Of a DNA stretch of 64,000 bases, positions 1 to 8,487 are shown one piece after another; position 1 is the first letter of the stretch, and every line of letters starts with the position of its first letter. The notes beneath the pieces were generated by a model. That model saw only the letters and a program-made list of their open reading frames with translations, had not been told where the DNA came from and searched no databases. The stretch is from an uncultured Planctomycetota bacterium (GTDB lineage: Bacteria > Planctomycetota > Phycisphaerae > Tepidisphaerales > Tepidisphaeraceae). The stretch lies in NCBI GenBank assembly GCA_963841915.1, contig CAWJEN010000005.1:256001-320000 (forward strand), in the 5' to 3' direction. The translations under genes were made by a program, and so were the position numbers.

Positions 1-152
1 AACTGCCTACCCGCGTCTGGTGCATACAAATCGAGATCTTGATACGGTATTCCATGCTCATCGAGGCGACGCTTCCACCAGTAACTACAGGAGTCGGAAT
101 AAGCCGGTTGACCCTCCTTAGTGTAATCGTCATGCTGTATTCCGATCAGCAT
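1..152 (-). CDS. 5' part of a polysaccharide-locus gene running off the window (MLIGIQHDDYTKEGQPAYSDSCSYWWKRRLDEHGIPYQDLDLYAPDAG...), possibly ATP-grasp family
   Basis: ATG at 152 overlaps the wzt 3' end, preceded by a GAGGAG RBS; frame open to the window edge; family guess from N-terminal resemblance only. Confidence 0.5.
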   Translation of the reverse strand, partial: MLIGIQHDDYTKEGQPAYSDSCSYWWKRRLDEHGIPYQDLDLYAPDAGRQ

Positions 153-1396
153 CGTGTCTCCTCGTGAGACCAGAGTCCGGGGCAAATGAACATGCCCAAG
201 CTTCGACGCATTTCGCGACTGCGCGTGTCGAACGTCATAACGACGGCATCTCCAATCCTGTCGTGCACCAGATTCAGCTCATCGTTGAGCCGAGCTGTCA
301 ACGTGTAATCACCATCTCTGAGCCGCACATCTCGTACAGTGACGCAGATTTCGTGAAGCCCGTGCTTCAGGCGAAGCGGGAACTCTTCATCGTCATTGCA
401 TTGATGAATGACGACATTTCCAAGTCGATCTCTCATGCTGAAACTTAACAGAGCTGAACGATCTGCGTCGGAGTATACCATCGCGGAGAAATGAAGATCA
501 TCTCCACTACTGAAAGTACCTCCGCTCCGTCGAGGAGGTTTGACCGCAAGGCGCTGGATCCTCATCGGGCCGTTGCCGCTCCGCTCCCAGCCTTGATCAT
601 CCGATAGATCCGCTTCCAAGGTCAGGTCCGCGGGCTTGAGATACACTGCGACCATTTCTCGCGACGGTCCAACATCCTTGAGATGTCCTTCGCCTAGAAC
701 AGCAACACGTGTACAAAGTTCAGCCACTGCCGCCATGTTGTGACTAACGAACAGGACGGTTCGCCCCTCCCCGGCCACATCCTTCATCTTTCCCAAGCAT
801 TTCCTTTGGAATGCAGCGTCGCCAACTGCCAAGACCTCGTCCACGATTAAGACCTCCGGCTCCAGGTGGGCCGCGACCGCGAAGGCCAGCCGCGTGTACA
901 TGCCGCTGCTGTACTGCTTTACCGGCGTGTCGAGGAACTTCTCGACCTCGCTGAAGGCGACGATCTCGTCGAACTTGCCGCGGATCTCGGCCTGGCTCAT
1001 GCCGAGGATCGCGCCGTTCATGAAGATGTTCTCGCGGCCGGTCAGTTCCGGGTGGAAACCGGTCCCGACCTCGAGCAGGCTGCCGACGCGGCCCTTCACC
1101 ATGATCTCGCCGGTCGTCGGTTCGGTGATCCGGCTGAGGATTTTGAGCAGCGTGCTCTTGCCCGCGCCATTGCGGCCGATGATGCCGACCACCTCGCCTC
1201 GCTTGACCTCGAAGCCGACGTCCTTGAGGGCCCAGAAGCTGTTCTCCTCGGTCATCGGGCCCTTCGGCCGAAGGGCCGACAAAGGGTTCTTGGCGAGGCC
1301 GACGAGGCTCTCGCGGAGGTTGCCATAGGGCTTCTTCTCGGTGCCGATGCGGTACCGCTTGCCGACGCCGTCAATCCGTATTGCGATGTCGCTCAA
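146..1396 (-). CDS. wzt: Polysaccharide ABC exporter ATP-binding subunit with C-terminal Wzt_C-like domain
   Basis: Walker A GRNGAGKST, SLLEVGTGFHPELTGREN, YSSGM signature, Walker B LIVDEVLAVGD; TTG start at 1396 overlaps the upstream TGA. Confidence 0.92.
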   Translation of the reverse strand: MSDIAIRIDGVGKRYRIGTEKKPYGNLRESLVGLAKNPLSALRPKGPMTEENSFWALKDVGFEVKRGEVVGIIGRNGAGKSTLLKILSRITEPTTGEIMVKGRVGSLLEVGTGFHPELTGRENIFMNGAILGMSQAEIRGKFDEIVAFSEVEKFLDTPVKQYSSGMYTRLAFAVAAHLEPEVLIVDEVLAVGDAAFQRKCLGKMKDVAGEGRTVLFVSHNMAAVAELCTRVAVLGEGHLKDVGPSREMVAVYLKPADLTLEADLSDDQGWERSGNGPMRIQRLAVKPPRRSGGTFSSGDDLHFSAMVYSDADRSALLSFSMRDRLGNVVIHQCNDDEEFPLRLKHGLHEICVTVRDVRLRDGDYTLTARLNDELNLVHDRIGDAVVMTFDTRSREMRRSLGMFICPGLWSHEETRC

Positions 1397-2809
1397 GCTT
1401 CGGGACCTACGTAGGCGGTGGTGCCTTCGGAGCGAATGCGGCTCGTCTCGGCGGGGTGCGAGTTGGCGGAAGGCACCGGGAGGAACAACGGGATGACCGC
1501 GAGCGCGAGGAGTGCCCACGTCGGGTGCGCCATGACGAAGAACTGGAAGAGCGCGTTCGACGCGACGCCGTTCGGGATGATGTTCCGCTCCGCCGCCTGG
1601 ATAAGTATTTCTGCCCAAGGGGCGACGAGGAAGACGGACAGCGGCAGAAGCAGGAGGAGCCCGGTCCGCCAGCTGTCGCGGCTTGCCAGCTTGGCGATGC
1701 CAACGGCGAGGGCCGGCAGCAAGATGACCGCGTCGTACGGGCGGTGGTACACGGCGAGCAGGGTCATCGCAAGCAGCGGGGTCATCAGGAGAGCCTCGTC
1801 CGTCGCGACCTGGCCGGGAGCAGTCCGCCAGACTCGCCGCACCCATAGCACCAGCACCGGAACGAGCAGGACGATTGCGACGCCCTTGGCCCAATGCCCT
1901 TCGATGAAGAAGCGGATGAGGGTGTCGAGGTGGAGCTTGCCAAACTGCGATGCGGCGCCAGCCCCAACTCGAAGATCCGGCATAGAGGCTACTTCGCTCG
2001 AAACGCCCTCAGGCCAGTTTGGGTTGAGCGTCAGTAACTGGAAGGCGACAATCGATCCGAAGATGAGTGGGACGGCGAGGCTGATCGACAGCGTGGTCCA
2101 GCGTCGGCTTGCCGCGAAGAAGAGGCAGAGCGGCAACCCAATCTGCGGCTTGATCGCCGTTGCGACGCCGACGAGCAGGCCGGCGAGAAGGTGCCGCGAA
2201 CGGCGTGCGCCAAGTGAAGCCGCGAGACCAGCAACCGCAAGCGAGCCGGCGAGCATCCCGGGGTTGCCGACGGCGAGGCCGGTATGTGCCGGCGCGAAAC
2301 CCAAGATGGCGGCGGCCGCCAGGAGAAGCGGAATGGGTCGACGACGCAGCCCGATCGTAAGCGCAACGGTCGCCCCTCCCACAAGATAGGCGATGGCAAG
2401 GCACGCCACCCAGAGGCCCTTGGACCAGTTCCAATCGAGTGCGCCGAAGGGAGCGAAAAATGGCAGCGCGCTCGGCGGATAGACGAGATGCATCAACGGC
2501 CGGTCTGCGTTGGGTGCGGCGCCGGAACAGGGGCTCGACGATCTCGCGGTTGTAGGGGTCTACCTGCTGAATCCACGACCGAGACATCGCATAAGGAGCG
2601 GTGAAATCGACCGGGGTCCCGCTGAAGCCTCGGGCGAGGCCTCGCGTGCAGAACAGGCCGCCCGCCAGGAGCAGGAGGATCAGCAGGGCGACACGTAGCC
2701 AGATGGGCTCTCCCGCGGGCCTGAGCTGAGCCGAAGGACTCGATGGTGCACGATCCCGCGGCCGACTCGCGGCCGAAGTGGGTCCGGTTAGTTCGCCGCT
2801 TGGAGGCAT
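1393..2809 (-). pseudogene. GT87/DUF2029-like integral membrane glycosyltransferase, frameshifted near 2525
   Basis: N-terminal TM plus DFTAPY...DPY in one frame continues as YPPSALPFF...AIKPQ...HRPYD in another; many TM helices. Confidence 0.7.
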
Positions 2810-3768
2810 CAGACGACGTCGGCGAAGGTCCGCTCAACACGACGGAAGTAGAACAGGCCGCCCGCGAGCAGGAGGCTGGTCGAGACGAATCCCGAGACCC
2901 ACAGGACCGGCGTCGCCGGCGTGCCGAGCAGGGACCAGCGGAAGAACTCGATCGGGGCGGCGATCGGCAGCAGGCCGTAGACCGCCTGCCACACGGGCGA
3001 CGAGATGGACTCGCTCACCGACCAAAAGACCGGAGCGGCGAAGATCAGGAACTTCGTGATGAACGGCAGGACGTACCGCACGTCCCGGTACTCCACGTTC
3101 AGGGCCGACAGCCAGAGCGAGATGCTCATGGAGGCGGCGAAGGTCCAGACGATCGCCAGCGGGAGCAGGACGACCTGGATCGGCGGGAGGTGCGGAACGA
3201 TGTTCTGCCGCCACGCGGGCGCGTCCTCCGGCGGGTGGCCGCCCAGGGCGAAAAAGGCGACCGGCAGGGCGAGCATGATGATCGCGACGAGCGCCAGCTG
3301 CACGAGGAAGTCGACCACCGTGACCATCGCCGCGCTCACCGGCAGGATCAGGCGGGGGAAGTAAATCTTCTTCACCATGTTCTGCGCTGCGACGAGCGAG
3401 CCGCTCGCTTGCTGCAGGCCGGTGTCGAACATCTGCCACGGGAGCTGGCTCGCCAGGAAGAACAGGAACGCGGGTTTAAAGTCGACGGCGCCGGCGAAGA
3501 GCAGGCTCCCGACGATCGTGAAGGCGAGCGGCTGGATGATCGCCCAGGCGAAGCCGAGGACCGTCTGCTTGTAGCGTACCTTGATGTTGCGCGACGCGAG
3601 CACCCAGAAAAGCTCTCGCGATTGCCATAGTTCTTTCCAGTCGACGGCCCGCCAGCCGGAGGAAGGGCGGATCCACGTGATCGGCGGCTCGACGGTGGGG
3701 GTTGCCGCGTCGCGGGACGTCTCGCGGTCGTCGGTGGGGGCGAGCAGGCTGGGGGCGTCGGTCGACAT
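2809..3768 (-). CDS. wzm: Polysaccharide ABC exporter permease
   Basis: RNIKVRYKQTVLGFAWAIIQP, KKIYFPR, YRDVRY and ERTFADVV motifs of ABC-2/Wzm permeases. Confidence 0.92.
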   Translation of the reverse strand: MSTDAPSLLAPTDDRETSRDAATPTVEPPITWIRPSSGWRAVDWKELWQSRELFWVLASRNIKVRYKQTVLGFAWAIIQPLAFTIVGSLLFAGAVDFKPAFLFFLASQLPWQMFDTGLQQASGSLVAAQNMVKKIYFPRLILPVSAAMVTVVDFLVQLALVAIIMLALPVAFFALGGHPPEDAPAWRQNIVPHLPPIQVVLLPLAIVWTFAASMSISLWLSALNVEYRDVRYVLPFITKFLIFAAPVFWSVSESISSPVWQAVYGLLPIAAPIEFFRWSLLGTPATPVLWVSGFVSTSLLLAGGLFYFRRVERTFADVV

Positions 3769-3904
3769 GCCTAGAGGGTCGGGCGGCGGCGGCAACGTTG
3801 CGTTGGAGCGTCAATCGTCGTCAGCAAGACGGGGCGACCTCGATGTCGCCTGGGCGACGAGCGTTGCAGTGCGGGAAGAGGCGTCAACCTCTCGGTGCGG
3901 GACG

Positions 3905-4134
3905 CAATGTTCACGTTCTGTATGAGAACGTGCAGATTCTGTTCCGTTTTAATCCGTCCTGAAGCGGAACGTGCACGTTGCGAGGCAGAACGTGACGGTT
4001 CCGTCGCGGAACCCGCACGTTCCGCCGTGGAACGTGCAGGTTCCGGACCACAGTCATCACGTTCCCGCGTAGAACCTGCACGCTGAGGAGCGAAACCTGC
4101 ACGGTTTGGAACGAAAACGCGCGGTTCCGTGATG
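3905..4134. repeat. Tandem array of about 11 degenerate 21-bp units with palindromic core GAACGTGCACGTTC
   Basis: Units start at 3905, 3926, (3947 degenerate, 20 nt), 3967, 3988, 4009, 4030, 4051, 4072, 4093, 4114. Confidence 0.85.
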
Positions 4135-4329
4135 CATCGCAACATATCAGCTGCGCCAAGCCGCTTTTTCTCGGGCGTGACCGAACGATCGTCCAAAAGC
4201 GGACTCGTGCTCAGAAAAACCTTTGTTGTGGCCGACATCAGGAGCATGGCTGCGGTAGCGGGCGACGTTCGCCCCTGTCGAGTTCTACCGACGGCCGACG
4301 CGGGGCGTTCCCGCGACGTACCTCACCCC

Positions 4330-5044
4330 ATGACGGAACCCTCCGATAAATCTCTCCTCCATCTTCAACCATGACAGCGACTTGCTCGCCCGGTCGGCAG
4401 TCTTCGCCGCCAAGATCAGCGCGACCGGTGCGGCCGGCAACTACGGGCTGAGCGATCAGCAGGCAACGGAATATCAGACCACCTAGACCCGTTTCGCCGA
4501 TGCGATGCGGGCCGTGGCCGACCGGGACAACCGGACCCGGACCGACACGATCGTCAAGAACGACGCCCGTTACCACCTCGTCAACGCCAGCCGGAGCCTG
4601 ATCGCCGTGTGTGAGGCGTGGCCCCAGATGACCGACGCGAAGCGGAGCGAGCTCAACCTCCCGATCCGCGATCGGGAGCCGACCCCGCAGACGCGGCTGA
4701 CGGTCGCGCCATTCATCGACATCCTGAGCCAGAACGGGCTGTCGGTCAAGGTCGGCCTGCGCGACGCGGCCGCGTCGACCCGACGTCGCCGCCCGGCGGG
4801 CGCGATCGGGGCGACGATCCTGACGCACGTCGGCGAGACGGCGCCGGCCACGATCGAGGGCTGGACCTTTCAGGGCAACACGAGCAAGACGACGGTCGAC
4901 ATCACGTTCCCGCCGATGACGCCGCGTGGGGCGAAGGTCTGGATCGTCGCGACGTGGTTTAGTCGGACGTCGATGAGCTCGCCTCCCAGCCGTCCGCTCT
5001 TCACGTACCTCTCCGGGGCCGACGGGCTCGCGCAGGCGGCCTGA
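4330..5044 (+). pseudogene. Uncharacterised protein (helical N-terminus plus probable FN3/Ig-like C-terminus) with in-frame TAG at 4484-4486
   Basis: The frame of ORF 4505-5044 extends upstream through one TAG as DSDLLARSAVFAAKISATGAAGNYGLSDQQATEYQTT; nearest ATG (4330) is out of frame, TTG at 4382 is in frame. Confidence 0.6.
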
Positions 5045-5143
5045 CCCCGTCACCCGGTCATCTGACCGCAGGACCCGGAGGTGGCGATTCTCGCCATCGG
5101 CCGTGTTCTGCGTGGTCGGCTGGCCCTTTACCCAGGAGACATC

Positions 5144-6232
5144 ATGACGGATCTCACCGTGTACGACGCCGGGCGGCCTGCTGCGTCGCTGATCGAGCGA
5201 CAAGTGCCCGCCGCCCTGCCGCTGCCGACGGAGGCGGGCGGCGTGACGATTCGCGAGGCGACGGCAGGCGACCTGCCGTTCGTCGATCGCTTGCAGAAAC
5301 AATGCTCCAAGGCGCTGGGCTTCCTGATGCTGCCCGTGCTGGAGGCGAAGGTGCGGGCGGGCGAGATCGTCGTCGCGCTCGATCCCGCGGGCGAGCCCGT
5401 CGGCTACTGCATCTCCAGCGACCGCTACTACAAGCGGGAGGACGTCGGCGTCATCTACCAGGTCAACGTCGTGCCGGGCCGGCAGCGCGGCCTCGTCGGG
5501 GCGGCGATGGTCCGCGGCGTTTTCGAGCGTTGGCCGTACGGTGTGCGGCTGGCGTGTTGCTGGTGTGCGCAGGATCTGGCGGCCAATCGGTTCTGGGAGT
5601 CGCTGGGCTTTGTGCCGATCGCCTATCGCGGCGGCAGTCGATCGAAGCAGCGGGTGCATGTGTTCTGGCAGCGTCGCGTGCGAGCGGTCGACGCCGGTGG
5701 GGGGTGCGACTGGTGGTACCCGAGCCAGACGATGGGCGGGATGATGGGCGAGGGGCGGCTGGTGCTGCCGATCCCGCCGGGCACGCATTGGAGCGGGTTC
5801 GAGCCGATCGTGCTGCCGGAGATGGAGACCGAACCGCCCGCCCTGCCGCCGGCGACGAAACAGCCACGGAAGAAGGCAACCCAGGCGAAGGTGCCGACGA
5901 TCGATCCCGGCAACATCAGCTCCGGCGGCTTCCGCTTCGAAGCCACTCCCCCCACGCCCCCCACTCCTCCAACTCCCCCCATCCTAGGAAGCGAGGCTGT
6001 GGCCAAGCCCAGGCGGGCCAAGGCGCCACGGCCGAAGCTTGACCCGGCGCTGGTTCGGAAGGTGCGTGAGCTTCGCGATCACTATCTGGAGCACGTCAAT
6101 GCCAAAGAACTGCTGTGCCCGATGGGCAAGTACGACATCGCCAGGTCGCTGGCGGGATCGACGGCGGATGCGGCGGCACTGCCGTCACTGAAGATCGAGT
6201 CGCACGTCGTGCCGCGGCTCGAGGCGGCTTGA
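5144..6232 (+). CDS. GNAT-family N-acetyltransferase with long Pro-rich C-terminal extension
   Basis: AGGAG RBS; IREAT..D, VVPGRQRGLVG (motif A), ANRFWESLGF (motif B). Confidence 0.8.
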   Translation: MTDLTVYDAGRPAASLIERQVPAALPLPTEAGGVTIREATAGDLPFVDRLQKQCSKALGFLMLPVLEAKVRAGEIVVALDPAGEPVGYCISSDRYYKREDVGVIYQVNVVPGRQRGLVGAAMVRGVFERWPYGVRLACCWCAQDLAANRFWESLGFVPIAYRGGSRSKQRVHVFWQRRVRAVDAGGGCDWWYPSQTMGGMMGEGRLVLPIPPGTHWSGFEPIVLPEMETEPPALPPATKQPRKKATQAKVPTIDPGNISSGGFRFEATPPTPPTPPTPPILGSEAVAKPRRAKAPRPKLDPALVRKVRELRDHYLEHVNAKELLCPMGKYDIARSLAGSTADAAALPSLKIESHVVPRLEAA

Positions 6233-6767
6233 ACGATGGGCCCGCTCGGGGCGGGCTTCGCCCCTGTCGGTGCACCCTGTTGCGGAGGCGTACCTGGAGC
6301 TGCGACGGTCTCGGGTGTCCTGCCGAGTACACCCTCCTCTGCTGGTGGGTTTGCACGTGGGTTGCACCACGCCGCGGAACCCGCGCCCCGTCGCAGCCGT
6401 GAGGCTCCTCATGCGGCGGGAGCGGGAGTATGCCCGGCGAATCGGCACCATGCAACTCGGCGACGACGGACCGGCTTGGAATGACGAAGGAACTTGAAGG
6501 GCCGGATGAGATGCCCGACGTTGCCGACGACGTCAGCGGCGATACGATGGGCGTACATACAGTCGTCAAAGGAGACGATAACATTGAAGCCGCGCTCGTG
6601 AGCCCGGCCCACATGTGAAGCCTTCCGTCCGCCTTGTCACCACGCACCAGCACAAGCTTGCCTGAAGCACCTGTTCCCGTCCGAAACCGGGTCGCGCTGA
6701 ACGAAGCGTTACTGATGCAGCTGTGAACAGCGGTTGCCGCCAGACCTCAGGCAAGCTATTCATTTTC

Positions 6768-6841
6768 GGGCCGTTAGCTCAGTTGGCCAGAGCGCCTTCT
6801 TTACACGGAGGATGTCGCAGGTTCGAGCCCTGCACGGCCCA
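6768..6841 (+). tRNA. tRNA-Val(TAC)
   Basis: Cloverleaf: GGGCCGT/ACGGCCC acceptor stem, anticodon loop TTTACAC, T-loop TTCGAGC; no encoded CCA. Confidence 0.96.
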
Positions 6842-6935
6842 ATGTCTCGGTGGGGTTCACCTTCGATTCGCCGGTAGGTCCTGGAGTTGCCGTGGATGCG
6901 TACGGCGGCCCCGTTCCGGTCGACGTCGCTGCGAA

Positions 6936-7976
6936 TCAGAACGCCACATCGACCGCCCGGCCGGTTTCGCAGCTTTCGACTGCCGCCAGGACGGTGGCGA
7001 GCGTCTTGAGGTTGTCGCGGCCGCTGGTGAGGCCGGGGGTGTTGGCACGGATGGACGTGGCGAAGGCGGCGAGCAGCTGGCCCTGGCTGGCGGGCACGGG
7101 GGCGATTGGCCGCGTCTCCTGATGTTCGGGCTGGCCGAGGCCGCCGAAGTCGAGGACGACGCCCCCGAGATCATCGTTGAACGAGAGTCGCCCTCGCTCG
7201 CATTGCAGCCGCCAGTTGCCCTGCCAGCTGTCGCGTCTGCCGCGGGCGGACCAGTCGCCTGCGTAGCTCAGCTTCGAGCCGTCGTCGAGCGTCATGATCA
7301 TGCGCAAGGCTGCACCGTCTTCGTAAAGTTCAGCGGCCTTGCTCCAGGCCGGGTTGAAATCTTCCGCGTAGACCCGCACCACATCCCGGCCGAGGATGTA
7401 GCGGGCGAGATCGACGTGGTGGACGGCCATGTCGACGAGCAAGACGTGCGGCATGGTCTGCCGGAAACTGCCGCGGAAGTCGATGCCGAGGAAGAAGTCG
7501 ATGTGACCGTGACCGAAAGCTCCGAGTGAGCCGGAGTCGAAAGCGGCCTTCAGCGCCAGCGGCTCCGGGTCCCACCGACGGTTCTGCCCCACCATCAGCT
7601 GTAGCTGTTTGGCCTCCGCACGTTCCACCATCTTCGTGGCGGCCTTCAGGTCCGGTGCCAGCGGCTTCTCGACCAGTAGATGTAGCCCCGCTTCTGCTGC
7701 AATCTCGGCGTGTTCGGCGTGAACGTTGGGCGGCGTTACGCTCAGCAAGGCGTCGGCCTCGACTTGTGCGACGGCTGTCGCCAGGTCGCGAAATTGCCGT
7801 GTCTCATCGAGCTCAAGAATGGTACCCGCAGCGGCTAGTGCTTCGGAGTTGGGGTCGACGACGGCGACGGCTTTGAAGTCGTCGCTTTTTGCTACGCTGT
7901 TTCTCACCCAGCCACCACCGTGCCCGCCCACGCCGGCTTGGATCAGCCGGATCTTCTTGTGCTGCTCGCTCTGCAT
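6936..7976 (-). CDS. Gfo/Idh/MocA family oxidoreductase
   Basis: GVGGHG Rossmann motif, HLLVEKPLA, DMAVHHVD. Confidence 0.9.
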   Translation of the reverse strand: MQSEQHKKIRLIQAGVGGHGGGWVRNSVAKSDDFKAVAVVDPNSEALAAAGTILELDETRQFRDLATAVAQVEADALLSVTPPNVHAEHAEIAAEAGLHLLVEKPLAPDLKAATKMVERAEAKQLQLMVGQNRRWDPEPLALKAAFDSGSLGAFGHGHIDFFLGIDFRGSFRQTMPHVLLVDMAVHHVDLARYILGRDVVRVYAEDFNPAWSKAAELYEDGAALRMIMTLDDGSKLSYAGDWSARGRRDSWQGNWRLQCERGRLSFNDDLGGVVLDFGGLGQPEHQETRPIAPVPASQGQLLAAFATSIRANTPGLTSGRDNLKTLATVLAAVESCETGRAVDVAF

Positions 7977-8041
7977 ATCAGAACAGTAGCGAGTCGAGGT
8001 GCCTTGCTGCTGTCGTTGACCCGCCCTACCATGCCCGCCGC

Positions 8042-8115
8042 GGCCGGATGCCCGAGCGGACTAAGGGAACGGATTGCAAATCCGTGATTCGTGGGTTCGA
8101 ATCCCACTCCGGCCT
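8042..8115 (+). tRNA. tRNA-Cys(GCA)
   Basis: GGCCGGA/TCCGGCC acceptor stem, ACGGA-TTGCAAA-TCCGT anticodon arm, TTCGAAT T-loop. Confidence 0.96.
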
Positions 8116-8348
8116 TACGTTTTTCTACAGAATCAGCGTGTTCTCCTGATTTCATCTTCGGGCGGCGTGCTTGCAAATACCGGTCAGCTTTGGGTCCGGA
8201 CGGTCGAGTCACGGCTGGCTGTCGGCGGAGTTCGGGCACGTTCGCTGGAGCAATGAAGAGCGACGCACGGCGTCCAGTTGACGCCGCCGACTGGCCGCCT
8301 AAGCTGGCCCCCCGGCGGATTCGTCCGGCGGGAACAAGTCAGCGAGAC

Positions 8349-8422
8349 GGGGCGGTAGCTCAATTGGTCAGAGCACCGGACTGTCGATCCGGAGGTTGCG
8401 GGTTCGATCCCCGTCCGCCTCG
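8349..8422 (+). tRNA. tRNA-Asp(GTC)
   Basis: GGGGCGG/CCGCCTC acceptor stem, CCGGA-CTGTCGA-TCCGG anticodon arm, TTCGATC T-loop. Confidence 0.96.
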
Positions 8423-8449
8423 CTGAAGGACAATTAGCGTCCGACCGAC

Positions 8450-8477
8450 AACAACCCCTGCAGCCGCAGGGGTTGTT
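8450..8477. terminator. Likely bidirectional intrinsic terminator
   Basis: AACAACCCCTGC-AGCC-GCAGGGGTTGTT hairpin between convergent tRNA-Asp and the SGNH gene. Confidence 0.8.
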
Positions 8478-8487
8478 TCATGTCGCC

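Noticed and set aside
4019..4033. parS-like GTTCCGCCGTGGAAC inside the array
   Set aside because: Spacing is one base longer than parS and the CACGTG centre is absent
3905..4134. CRISPR array interpretation of the 21-bp repeats
   Set aside because: Variable parts are only about 5-7 nt, the repeats are degenerate and no cas genes are present
3771..4247. ORFs spanning the repeat array (3771-4247 minus, 3895-4086 plus, 3911-4159 minus)
   Set aside because: No recognisable domain; openness on both strands is explained by the 21-nt palindromic period
6236..6763. Several short ORFs between the GNAT gene and tRNA-Val
   Set aside because: No motif, RBS or codon bias distinguishes any of them
6768..8422. 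Integrative element at the tRNA genes
   Set aside because: No integrase and no duplicated tRNA 3' end seen in the window
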